DNA from: an uncultured Acidobacteriota bacterium
GTDB taxonomy: Bacteria > Acidobacteriota > UBA6911 > CAINFC01
DNA: 64,000 nt
NCBI GenBank assembly: GCA_964617125.1
Contig: CAZTVS010000002.1
Location: 5,369-69,368 of the forward strand
Direction of reading: 5' to 3'
Shown here piece after piece: positions 1 to 10,201 of this stretch (within the stretch, counting starts at the first letter, position 1; every line of letters begins with the position of its first letter). The notes under the pieces are model-generated. The model made no database searches and was not told the origin of the DNA. It saw nothing but the letters and a program-made list of their open reading frames with translations. Both the position numbers and the translations under genes were made by a program.

Positions 1-552
1 GTTGACGGTCGATTTGATATGCCGGTGCATATACTCCACCGGATCCTCAATGGTAACGATATGATAGGCGTATTCCATGTTGATTTTATGGATGATGGCC
101 GCCAGGGTCGATGACTTTCCCGAGCCGGTCGGCCCGGTGACCAACACCACACCGTTTTTCAGCCGGGCAACGTTATTGATCTCCGCAGGCAGGCCCAGCT
201 GTTCGATCGTCGGTATCCCTTCGGGAATCACCCGTAAAACCACGGCGTAGGTGTTCCGTTGGGAAAAAATGTTGACGCGAAACCGGGTTTTTCCGGGGAT
301 GGAATAGGATAAATCCGCCGATCCTGTCGTCAGCAGGGTCCGTGTCAGATCACGATCTCCCTTCAACATATGCAGGGCAATCGTTTCCGTCTGGAAAGGG
401 GAGAGCGCTGTAAGGCCAGGGATGTTCACGGGAATCAGCTGACCGTCGATCTCCACCTGAGGAGGTCTGCCCACGGAAAAGTTGAGATCGGAAACCCGAT
501 CCGACATTTTCAGCAGCAGCTCGAGAATCGTGTCCAGATTAAAATTTTTCAT
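1..552 (-). CDS. pilT: Type IV pilus retraction ATPase PilT/PilU family (partial; continues beyond window start)
   Basis: Not in the ORF track. Hand translation from ATG at 552 gives [39 protein letters not shown]...[21 protein letters not shown]...[13 protein letters not shown], i.e. Walker A plus the TIEDPVE Asp box of PilT. Confidence 0.9.
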   Translation of the reverse strand, partial: MKNFNLDTILELLLKMSDRVSDLNFSVGRPPQVEIDGQLIPVNIPGLTALSPFQTETIALHMLKGDRDLTRTLLTTGSADLSYSIPGKTRFRVNIFSQRNTYAVVLRVIPEGIPTIEQLGLPAEINNVARLKNGVVLVTGPTGSGKSSTLAAIIHKINMEYAYHIVTIEDPVEYMHRHIKSTVN

Positions 553-736
553 ACCTCATCCATGGCTCGACACCCTGCAAGCTCGTGTAAACAGAGTCTA
601 AAGGAAGAGATCGCAAAAGTCAAAAGAATCCGAAATATGCCGGCCGTAGGACGGAGGTATTCTTTGGACAGGGCATGCCATGTCCTCTGACAACGACTGA
701 TACAATTTTCTATGACAGGCGAGATCATCATCTTTG

Positions 737-849
737 CATGAGGTCGAAAAAAGTCGATTTTCCGTTATTGCGTGTTTATTCCGTATGGATCAGAAAGATG
801 TTACCGGCGGGACGCCGGCGCTCCCAGGACTTTTTACGATTTCTTCATC
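737..849. repeat. Inverted-repeat-bounded REP cassette containing one family-B hairpin
   Basis: Left end CATGAGGTCGAAAAAAGTC (737-755) and right end GACTTTTTACGATTTCTTCATC (828-849) are imperfect inverted repeats. They enclose CCGGCG-GGA-CGCCGG-CGCTCCC (804-825). Confidence 0.6.
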
Positions 850-939
850 TTTTCAGGTCCGAATGGACTTTTTCCGTACCGTATTGTTAAATGAGATCCG
901 CCACGATGGAATGGAGAGTATGGAACCAAGAGGATAACC

Positions 940-1698
940 ATGGATAACTGGACGGAAGAACGCCTCGAAAAGATTCGGAATCTTGACCTCCGTATCTTTT
1001 CCATTCTCAGCGAAACTACGGAGGGAGACAAGATCAGTCTGCTGCGTCTGCAGAATGTAATACGAGGCCAAGTGAAAGGATATGCCTACCTGGAAGTCGG
1101 CTCGCACCTGGGTGGAGCGCTGGTACCCCATCTGATCGATCCCCGATGCCGGCAGGTATACTCCATCGACAAGCGCCCTCTACAACAACCAGACGAACGG
1201 GGCCGGGATTTCTATTATAGGGAAAACAGCACGGAGCGAATGCTGGAAGGTTTGCGGAAAGAGTTACGCCCGGAATGCATGTCCAAGCTGATCACATTCG
1301 ACAGGGATGCCTCTGACGTCTGCCCACAGGACGTACCTGCACCGGCGGATCTGGTTTTCATCGATGCCGAGCACACCAATACGGCCATTTTTCGTGATTT
1401 CTTAAGTGTCTTCCGGTTCTGCGGCCCATGCGCGCTGGTTGCCCTGCACGATGCCAATCTAATCGGGGACGGGATTCAGAATATAGAAGAATATCTGCGT
1501 TTCCAAAAGATCCCGTTTTCTACCCTGGTTCTCCCGGAAAACGTGGCGGTAATCGCTCTGGGTGATGTAAAGGAAGAAGCCATCGCGGCCCTTACCCCCT
1601 TCGCCCTCGATAAAGAGTCATACTTTCGCCGGGCCAAACAAAAGCTCTGGGAGGAAATCGCCGCCAATACCCTCTATTTCAAACCCGAATCGCAATGA
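940..1698 (+). CDS. Class I SAM-dependent methyltransferase (Methyltransf_24-like)
   Basis: Motif I YLEVGSHLGG, DLVFIDAEH, and VALHD, which are typical of this family. Confidence 0.8.
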   Translation: MDNWTEERLEKIRNLDLRIFSILSETTEGDKISLLRLQNVIRGQVKGYAYLEVGSHLGGALVPHLIDPRCRQVYSIDKRPLQQPDERGRDFYYRENSTERMLEGLRKELRPECMSKLITFDRDASDVCPQDVPAPADLVFIDAEHTNTAIFRDFLSVFRFCGPCALVALHDANLIGDGIQNIEEYLRFQKIPFSTLVLPENVAVIALGDVKEEAIAALTPFALDKESYFRRAKQKLWEEIAANTLYFKPESQ

Positions 1699-1707
1699 GT
1701 CAGGCAG

Positions 1708-2047
1708 GATGAAGTCGCAATAACTATGATGAAGCCGCAAAAAAGCAGGAGGTTTGTAGTTCCGCGTTTACGCGGCATCCCGTGGATCCATGAAAGCCTG
1801 TATTTACGCGGTACCGCCTAAAGGCGGAACTACAAACACGATCCGTTTTTCTATCATGATTGATTTTTTTGCGGCTTCGTCAACTATTATTTTCAGGCGT
1901 TTCTTAGATGGCTAAAAATAATTTGTAGGGGCACGGCGCGCCGTGCCCTGGCGACTGTAGGATGGGGGCCGTTTTTGGGCACGGCACGCCGTGCCCCTAC
2001 AATAGCTGATGCAATTTTCTATGGCATGATTTTTTTGCGACGTCGTC
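1708..2047. repeat. Nested non-autonomous repeat cassette (MITE/BIME-like) with GTAG-type REP hairpins
   Basis: Outer IR: GATGAAGTCGCAATAA (1708-1723) with TTTTTTGCGACGTCGTC (2031-2047). Inner IR: GATGAAGCCGCAAAAAA (1728-1744) with TTTTTTTGCGGCTTCGTC (1864-1881). Internal palindromes: TTTGTAGTTCCGC...GCGGAACTACAAA (1753-1836) and the doublet GTAGGGGCACGGCGCGCCGTGCCC (from 1925) / GGGCACGGCACGCCGTGCCCCTAC (1977-2000). Confidence 0.75.
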
Positions 2048-2088
2048 AGGGAAGATGAATCCGCAAAAAATGCCGGCGCTCCCGACAC

Positions 2089-2673
2089 TCAGGGGAAGCG
2101 GCCATCGAGATGCCGCCGCAGGTTCTTCAATCCCAGATAGAGCCTTGATTTCACAGTGCTCAGGGGACAGGAGAGGATATCGGCGATCTCCTGGAACTTC
2201 AGATCTTCGTATTCTTTCAACAGGATGACCACCCGCTGATCCTCGGGAAGATCTCCGACGGCGTGCCGCACCTCCGATTCCATCTGTTTCCGGGCCAGTA
2301 TCTGTTCCGGATCGGCAGGCAGAGAAGCCGTCGATTGCCGCATCTCCTGTTCGATATGGTCCGTCTGTTCCGGTGCATCCAGATATACCTTTTGTTTTCC
2401 GGCCGAGGAACGGGCCCGCATGCGGCAGGCATTCAGGGCAATGGTATAGAGCCAGGAGGAAAAACGGTCGCGATCCCGCAAACCGGATAGACGTTGATAG
2501 GCGGTGGTGAACACCTCCTGGCAAAGGTCCCTGGCGTCTTCCCGGTCACCGCAATAGCGCAGGACGAAGTTGTATATGCGCTTTTCCCATCGGCGCACCA
2601 ATTGATTGAAAGCCTCCGGATGGCCGGCAAGAAACTGTGAAACCAGTCGGCTATCGTCGGAAATATCATGCAT
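2089..2673 (-). CDS. ECF-subfamily RNA polymerase sigma-70 factor (RpoE/SigW-like)
   Basis: Region 2 (DAEDL-like DARDLCQEVF, FSSWLYTIALN) and region 4 (LKFQEIADILSCPLSTVKSRL). Confidence 0.92.
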   Translation of the reverse strand: MHDISDDSRLVSQFLAGHPEAFNQLVRRWEKRIYNFVLRYCGDREDARDLCQEVFTTAYQRLSGLRDRDRFSSWLYTIALNACRMRARSSAGKQKVYLDAPEQTDHIEQEMRQSTASLPADPEQILARKQMESEVRHAVGDLPEDQRVVILLKEYEDLKFQEIADILSCPLSTVKSRLYLGLKNLRRHLDGRFP

Positions 2674-2684
2674 CGTATCGTGTC

Positions 2685-4163
<1,479 letters not shown>

Positions 4164-4199
4164 TCATCCTTGTTTGGATACAGAATCCCCCACAGAGGA

Positions 4200-6857
4200 T
4201 CAATTACCCATTCCGTGACACTTTTTGAATTTTTTTCCGCTTCCACAGGGGCAGGGATCATTGCGTCCGACTTTACTGGCATCACGCCTTTGGGTAACGC
4301 TTTCCGCTGTCTGTGATCCCTGGAAAACCATCTGTTGTTCCCGACGTCGTTCCCGTTCCATACGCTGAACCCGCTCTTCATCGGTAATCGGTTGCAACCA
4401 GTGCAGGAAACGGATCGTTTCCGTCTCGATCCGATCCATCATGTCTTCGAACATGTTATAGCTTTCCCGCTTGTACTCGACCAGAGGTTCCCGCTGGGCA
4501 TAACCCCGAAGACCGATCCCCTCCTTCAGGTGGTCCATTCCCAGCAGATGGTCTTTCCATTGGCTGTCGACAATCTGCAGCATGATGATGCGTTCATGAA
4601 AACGCATGACCTCGGAACCGATCTGCATTTCCTTCTCTCGGTAACGTTTCTGGATCCTCTCCAGCAGGGTATCGGCCAGCTGCCTGTAGTTGAGATGTTT
4701 CGGATCGATCCCCTCGCCCCGGTAGTCGAGGGCAAATTGTTCCTGCACCGCAATTTGCAGATGCTCCAAATCCCACTGATCCGGATGAGTATCTTTGGCC
4801 GCGTACTTGTCCATCAGATCCATCAGCAGATCTTCGCTCAATTCCTGGATGCGTTCGTCCATATCGTCCCCTTCCAGAAGCCGCCGACGCATGGCATAAA
4901 CCGCTTCCCGCTGTTTATTCATAACGTCGTCGTATTCCAGAAGGTGTTTCCGTATATCGAAGTTACGGGCTTCCACCTGCTTTTGCGCCCTTTCGATCTG
5001 TCGGGTGATCAGCTTGCTCTCGATGGGTACATCTTCTTCCATTCCCAGGGTTTGCATGATGCTGGAGATGCGGTCGCTGGCGAAGATGCGCATGAGATCG
5101 TCCTCCAGCGAGAGGTAGAAACGGGAAGATCCCGGATCCCCCTGACGACCGGCACGACCGCGAAGCTGATTGTCGATACGTCGGGCTTCATGGCGTTCGG
5201 TACCCAGGATATGCAATCCGCCGGCACGCACCACCTCTTCCCTCTCTTTTTCAACCTGCTGCTGCATCTTCTCCCAGATGGCCTGATACTGATCGGCAGG
5301 GACCTGTTCCAGCGGCAGGCCTTTGGCGCGAAAAGATTCCTTGGTCAGGAAGTCGGGGTTACCACCCAACAGAATATCGGTTCCGCGGCCGGCCATATTG
5401 GTGGCAATGGTTACCGCCCCTTTACGTCCTGCCTGAGCCACGATCTCCGCTTCCTGCTCGTGATACTTGGCATTCAGCACTACATGGGGTACTCCGACTT
5501 TCCGCAGCATCTTACTCAGACGCTCCGATTTCTCAATAGATACAGTACCCACCAGGACCGGTTGGCCCTTTTCATGCAGCCCTTGGATCTCCCGGCAAAC
5601 CGCCCGATATTTTTCCTCTTCGGTACGGTAGATGACATCCGGATATTCTGTACGGATCATCTTCTTATGAGTCGGTATGGGACAGACATCCAGTTTATAG
5701 GTCTTATAAAATTCCTCGGCTTCCGTTTCCGCCGTTCCGGTCATGCCCGATAACTTTTCATACATGCGGAAATAGTTTTGGAAGGTGATGGTCGCCAGGG
5801 TCTGGTTTTCCCGCTCGATTTTAACGTTTTCCTTTGCTTCCAGGGCCTGGTGCAGACCATCGCTGTAGCGCCGTCCGGGCATCAGTCGCCCGGTAAACTC
5901 GTCGACGATGATGACCTGTCCCTCTTTTACCATGTAATCGACATCGCGCTTGAAAATGGTATGGGCCTTCAATGCCTGGTTGATGTGATGCAGGTACTCC
6001 ATGTTGGACGGTTCGTACAGGTTGCCCATGCCCAGGTATTTTTCCGATTTCTCAATCCCCTCTTCCGTCAGGCTTACCGTCCGGTGTTTTTCGTCGACCT
6101 GATAATCGACCTCTTTCTGCAGGCGCGGGATAATCTTGTCTATACGATAATATTTGTCGGTCGATTCTTCCGCCGGCCCGGAGATGATCAGCGGGGTCCT
6201 GGCTTCGTCGATAAGGATGGAGTCGACCTCATCGACGATGGCGTAATGATGCTTGCGCTGCACGCACTGTACCATCTCGAACTTCATGTTGTCGCGCAGA
6301 TAATCGAATCCGAACTCGTTGTTGGTTCCGTAGGTAATGTCGCATCCGTAGGCCTCACGGCGGGCCTCGTCACTCATATCGTGCTGGATACACCCTACCG
6401 AAAGACCGAGAAAGCGATAGATTTTTCCCATCCACTCGGTATCGCGGCGGGCCAGGTAATCGTTCACCGTGACCACATGAACGCCTTTTCCGCTCAGGGA
6501 ATTCAGATAAGCCGGCAAGGTGGCCACCAGGGTTTTGCCTTCACCGGTTTTCATTTCGCTGATCTTCCCCTGATGCAGCACCATTCCGCCGATCAGCTGC
6601 ATGTCGAAATGCCGCATACGCACCGTACGCCGGCCCGCTTCCCGGACCAGGGCAAAGGTCTCCGGAATCAGCTCGTCCAGAGATTCTCCTTTTTCATGGC
6701 GGGAACGGAAGTCCGCGGTTTTGGCCTGTAGTTGAGAATCGGAAAGCGATTGCATGGAGCTTTCCAGGGAATTGATCTTATCGACCACTACCCGGAGAGT
6801 TTTTATCTCTCTTTCGCTTTGCGTGCCGAAGATTTTGGTTATAATTTTGTTGATCAC
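4200..6857 (-). CDS. secA: Preprotein translocase ATPase SecA
   Basis: [41 protein letters not shown], and C-terminal SEC-C motif [22 protein letters not shown] start. Confidence 0.99.
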   Translation of the reverse strand: MINKIITKIFGTQSEREIKTLRVVVDKINSLESSMQSLSDSQLQAKTADFRSRHEKGESLDELIPETFALVREAGRRTVRMRHFDMQLIGGMVLHQGKISEMKTGEGKTLVATLPAYLNSLSGKGVHVVTVNDYLARRDTEWMGKIYRFLGLSVGCIQHDMSDEARREAYGCDITYGTNNEFGFDYLRDNMKFEMVQCVQRKHHYAIVDEVDSILIDEARTPLIISGPAEESTDKYYRIDKIIPRLQKEVDYQVDEKHRTVSLTEEGIEKSEKYLGMGNLYEPSNMEYLHHINQALKAHTIFKRDVDYMVKEGQVIIVDEFTGRLMPGRRYSDGLHQALEAKENVKIERENQTLATITFQNYFRMYEKLSGMTGTAETEAEEFYKTYKLDVCPIPTHKKMIRTEYPDVIYRTEEEKYRAVCREIQGLHEKGQPVLVGTVSIEKSERLSKMLRKVGVPHVVLNAKYHEQEAEIVAQAGRKGAVTIATNMAGRGTDILLGGNPDFLTKESFRAKGLPLEQVPADQYQAIWEKMQQQVEKEREEVVRAGGLHILGTERHEARRIDNQLRGRAGRQGDPGSSRFYLSLEDDLMRIFASDRISSIMQTLGMEEDVPIESKLITRQIERAQKQVEARNFDIRKHLLEYDDVMNKQREAVYAMRRRLLEGDDMDERIQELSEDLLMDLMDKYAAKDTHPDQWDLEHLQIAVQEQFALDYRGEGIDPKHLNYRQLADTLLERIQKRYREKEMQIGSEVMRFHERIIMLQIVDSQWKDHLLGMDHLKEGIGLRGYAQREPLVEYKRESYNMFEDMMDRIETETIRFLHWLQPITDEERVQRMERERRREQQMVFQGSQTAESVTQRRDASKVGRNDPCPCGSGKKFKKCHGMGN

Positions 6858-6988
6858 GATTGTATTAGGGAGATGTACTTTTGAAATTCAATGACTGAAT
6901 GCTTGCAGCGATGGCTTCTACCAATACACTGATGGAATTACATCGACAGCGATAACAGCGCGTCCTTATCTATAAGAATAAACCTCTG

Positions 6989-6997
6989 ATTATATCA
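6989..6997 (-). promoter_or_regulatory. Candidate extended -10 promoter element upstream of secA
   Basis: Minus strand reads TGATATAAT (TGn-TATAAT) about 130 nt upstream of the secA start. No correctly spaced -35 was seen. Confidence 0.4.
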
Positions 6998-7091
6998 AAT
7001 CAGCACGTCCTTCCATGGCAATACCCTCGCAAGAATTTGTCCGTCCCTCTCACTATTTCCACCATTAACCCTTCAACTCCCCTTTATCCAT

Positions 7092-8006
7092 ATGCTTAAA
7101 ACCATTGTCCATCTGATATCGGAAAATAAAACCCTCACCCGTTTCCTCTCCCGTCACGGTATGAAATCCGGATTTGCCCGGCGCTTTGTCTCCGGAGAGG
7201 AGCTCAGCGACGCGGTTCGCACCGTAAGGCAGCTGAATGCCAGAGGTATTACCTGTAGTTTGAACTTTTTAGGAGAACATGTCACCGACCGCCGTATGGC
7301 CGCTTCCGTGGCTGAATCGTACATCGGTATTCTCGAAGAAATACGAAAAAGCGGATTGGACAGCAACCTGTCCATCAAACCCTCTCAACTCGGACTGGAT
7401 ATCGATTATGACTTTTGCCTGGACAATCTCCGGCAGGTCATCCGGCAAGCGAGCCTTTCGCAACAGTTCATTCGCATCGATATGGAGGGTTCTCCCTATA
7501 CGGAACGTACCCTGACCTTACACCGTACGATACGACAGGAATATGAACATGTAGGAACGGTCATCCAGTCGATGCTCCTCCGCAGTGAAAAGGATATTCG
7601 CGATCTGAACGCGCAGAAGTCGCGTGTGCGCCTGGTCAAAGGGGCCTACAAGGAACCGCCCAACGTCGCTTTCCAGAAAAAGAGCGAGGTGGATGAGGCA
7701 TACCGCAGGCTTACCGATCTGCTTCTCTCGGAGGGTGTTTACCCGGCTTTGGCGACTCAGGACCCGGTCATGGTCGATCATGCCAGGCAGTATGCGGAAA
7801 AGCACGGGATCGCCAAGGAAAACTTCGAATTTCAGATGATCCTGGGGGTACGCCGCGACCTGCAGGATTCTTTGGTGAAAGAAGGATTTCGAGTACGCGT
7901 GTATGTCCCCTTCGGGAAAGAATGGCTGCCTTATTTCATGCGTCGTTTAGCGGAAAGACCTGCCAATATCCTCTTCATACTGAAGAACCTGTTACTTGAG
8001 CGGTAA
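7092..8006 (+). CDS. putB: Monofunctional proline dehydrogenase
   Basis: RFVSGE, SIKPSQLG, IRIDME, RVRLVKGAY, ATQD (ATHD variant), and RVYVPFGKEWLPYFMRRLAERP. Confidence 0.93.
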   Translation: MLKTIVHLISENKTLTRFLSRHGMKSGFARRFVSGEELSDAVRTVRQLNARGITCSLNFLGEHVTDRRMAASVAESYIGILEEIRKSGLDSNLSIKPSQLGLDIDYDFCLDNLRQVIRQASLSQQFIRIDMEGSPYTERTLTLHRTIRQEYEHVGTVIQSMLLRSEKDIRDLNAQKSRVRLVKGAYKEPPNVAFQKKSEVDEAYRRLTDLLLSEGVYPALATQDPVMVDHARQYAEKHGIAKENFEFQMILGVRRDLQDSLVKEGFRVRVYVPFGKEWLPYFMRRLAERPANILFILKNLLLER

Positions 8007-8083
8007 TCCCACCGGAAAACAAAAGAGGTCCAACAGCCCGGCGGCATAATCTCCGGGGGTTCCGCTGCTCTGAACCCCCAGAG

Positions 8084-8181
8084 GGTGCCGCACCGGGGTG
8101 CGGCGGTCCTATCTACCGCCGATAAGTTAAATGGTGCCGCACCGGGGTGCGACGGTCCCGGCTATCGCCGACAGGTTAAAA
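8084..8181. repeat. Tandem duplication of a 49-nt unit containing a REP-like hairpin
   Basis: Units 8084-8132 and 8133-8181 both start GGTGCCGCACCGGGGTGCGRCGGTCC. A related hairpin GCCGCACTGGGGTGCGGCGCTCCC occurs at 16841-16864. Confidence 0.7.
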
Positions 8182-9549
8182 GGAGAAGCGGGCCTGCAGA
8201 GTCAGGATATCGATCTTGTTGAACACGTCTCCGCCGAGATTGCCGCGAAAGGTGTTGTTGCTTGTGGCCGCAGTCGTTCCGGCTGGAATGGCCTTAAGAT
8301 CCATGATCGAATCCTGGACGTAGATATGGGTATAAGCGAAATCGACACTCCAGGATTTGGAAAAGGCATAGCTCGCACCGGCGGAAATCCAGGTACGATC
8401 GGCATCGGGTATGCGGGGGGTACGGTACTCAGAGGTAACCGCCGATTGATCCTTGGCCAGGCCGGTTCGGAGCGTCCAGGCACCGGCAGGCTTCCAGGTC
8501 AGGCCGGCGGACCAGAACCAGGTATCCTTCCAATTTTCTTCCGTTACCGAATCGGCCTGACCAGTGTCGAATTGGACCCGCAGTTCCTTGAAGGTGGACC
8601 AGCCGGTGCGGGCCACCTCCATCTGGGCGGATACTTTCGGCGTCAGATCGACATGCAAGCCAAAGGAAGTCATGCCCGGCAGGCGGAGTTCGGCCGTTCC
8701 GCCGCCGTTCTTGAAGGCGGTGGACAGGATGGCCGGAACCCCCGTGTAGGTAATGTCCCCGTCCAACGTTGTATTCATGGCCGAGTGCCTTGCCAGACCT
8801 AGGCGTATGTTTTTGGTCGGTTGGACCGTAAATCCCAGTTTGTACCCAAAATCCGTTTTATTGCCCTCCAGGTTTGCCTGTCCGTCCAGGCTGCCGGGTG
8901 TTATGCCTGCCTTGGCGGAATTGGGGATCTGGGGACTGGCCAGGATGATCGTGGCAAAGTCGACCGCATTGCTCAGTTCGGCGCTGGACCGTCGTCCGAC
9001 CACCGAGGCACCGACCGAAAGATAGGAGTTGACCCGGTATGCCGCATTTCCGGCTACATCGACGACATTCAGAGAAGACTTCAACGCATGATAACGGCCG
9101 ATATAATCGGATTGGTATTCCGTGCCCATCCCGAAAGGAACGTTTAACGACAGGCCAAGCTTCAGATCGTTGCTGACGCTCCAGAGGGCATAGGCAGAGG
9201 GGAGAGGCACATTCTTCGCCGCATCCGGATGATAGGCCGGTCCCGATATGCTCCCAAAGGAGGATAAAAAGCGGGTGGCCACTCCATTTTTCGATTCCGA
9301 AAAGGGTTGAACCAGGCTGAAACCGGCAGAGATCTGTTTGCCGCTGAAAAGAGTCATGGTGGCCGGATTGAAAAACATGCTGCTGATATCGGAACCGCCG
9401 GCACTGACGCCGGCAAAGGCATTTCCCTGGGCGCTGGGACTTTGTTCCCGCAGCTGAAAGCCGGACGCCCATGCATGAAAGACGGACATTCCGGCAACGA
9501 TACCCAGGGCTAACAGCATGACACTTGGAAGCTTGTACGAATTCGTCAT
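8176..9549 (-). CDS. fadL: Outer-membrane long-chain fatty acid/hydrocarbon transporter, FadL/OmpP1/TodX family
   Basis: Signal peptide then SGFQLREQSPSAQGNAFAG, FFNPATM, RTPRIPDADRTW, and C-terminal Phe. ATG at 9549 (MTNSYKL) preferred over the longer track start. Confidence 0.9.
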   Translation of the reverse strand: MTNSYKLPSVMLLALGIVAGMSVFHAWASGFQLREQSPSAQGNAFAGVSAGGSDISSMFFNPATMTLFSGKQISAGFSLVQPFSESKNGVATRFLSSFGSISGPAYHPDAAKNVPLPSAYALWSVSNDLKLGLSLNVPFGMGTEYQSDYIGRYHALKSSLNVVDVAGNAAYRVNSYLSVGASVVGRRSSAELSNAVDFATIILASPQIPNSAKAGITPGSLDGQANLEGNKTDFGYKLGFTVQPTKNIRLGLARHSAMNTTLDGDITYTGVPAILSTAFKNGGGTAELRLPGMTSFGLHVDLTPKVSAQMEVARTGWSTFKELRVQFDTGQADSVTEENWKDTWFWSAGLTWKPAGAWTLRTGLAKDQSAVTSEYRTPRIPDADRTWISAGASYAFSKSWSVDFAYTHIYVQDSIMDLKAIPAGTTAATSNNTFRGNLGGDVFNKIDILTLQARFSF

Positions 9550-9772
9550 GGCAGCGAAACTCCTTGATTCGAAAGATCCCGATCGGGAAATCGCGATCCG
9601 CCGAGGAAAAAGACTCATGGAACCCACTTTTCAACCACAGCCCGGATACAAACGGAAATTCCGCTCATGGAACCGCAGAGAAAGGCTTGCTGATAATAGA
9701 GAGTAATTATAATGGTCGGTAACCGTTCACGCAAGCAGATTCTCCTCGACAGCTTAAGGATGCCCCAATGTT

Positions 9773-9812
9773 GCCGGCAGGATGCCGGCGCTCCCGGCTC
9801 TTTTACGTCATC
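9773..9812. repeat. REP family-B hairpin with adjacent cassette-end motif
   Basis: GCCGGCA-GGA-TGCCGGC-GCTCCC followed by GGCTCTTTTACGTCATCGTC. It has the same context (ATGTTRCCGGC...) as the copy at 804-825, with a compensatory stem change. Confidence 0.7.
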
Positions 9813-10017
9813 GTCCGAAAACCCGATTTCACCATTTCTTCACTTCTCTGTAACCGGATCGACATACCGATCCGGTAATATACTCCGCGAATCTGGATGA
9901 CGAATGATTCGGTTAACGGTACGAAACGGCAATCTGCCGGAAAACAGTCCTGATTTTTCCAGATCTTTATCTCTTTTTATGAGGATCCGGTTCATGAAAA
10001 AAAATAATTCCTTTCAC

Positions 10018-10047
10018 TTGACAATAAAATCGAAAGTTTCATACAAT
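10018..10047 (+). promoter_or_regulatory. Candidate sigma70 promoter for the TonB-dependent receptor
   Basis: TTGACA (10018-10023)-N18-TACAAT (10042-10047) in an AT-rich tract about 155 nt upstream of the likely ATG. Confidence 0.55.
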
Positions 10048-10201
10048 CCCCCTCATGAATTCTTGGGGAAACAGATCCCTTATCATTAAAAATAGGCCGC
10101 ATATGGTGGCCGGTTGCTCCCTCGGATCGACCGATAGGGGCGACACTCTTTTCCAAACACATTTTCATTTACCCTCCAAAATCAAAAGGGAAAGAAGCAC
10201 T

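Noticed and set aside
549-731. 60-aa minus-strand ORF whose TGA overlaps the pilT ATG (ATGA)
   Set aside because: No recognisable motif or RBS, and it begins at the edge of a repeat cassette. The overlap alone is insufficient evidence.
4335-6731. Long plus-strand ORFs (472 and 317 aa) antisense to secA
   Set aside because: These are shadow ORFs in register with a highly conserved gene in GC-rich DNA, with no domain signal. The same applies to 15461-16669, 22605-23783, 25815-27584, 53966-55144 and 61474-62538.
10048-10201. Possible cobalamin or other riboswitch in the TonB receptor leader
   Set aside because: No B12-box or other riboswitch consensus was recognised by eye. An Infernal/Rfam scan would settle it.
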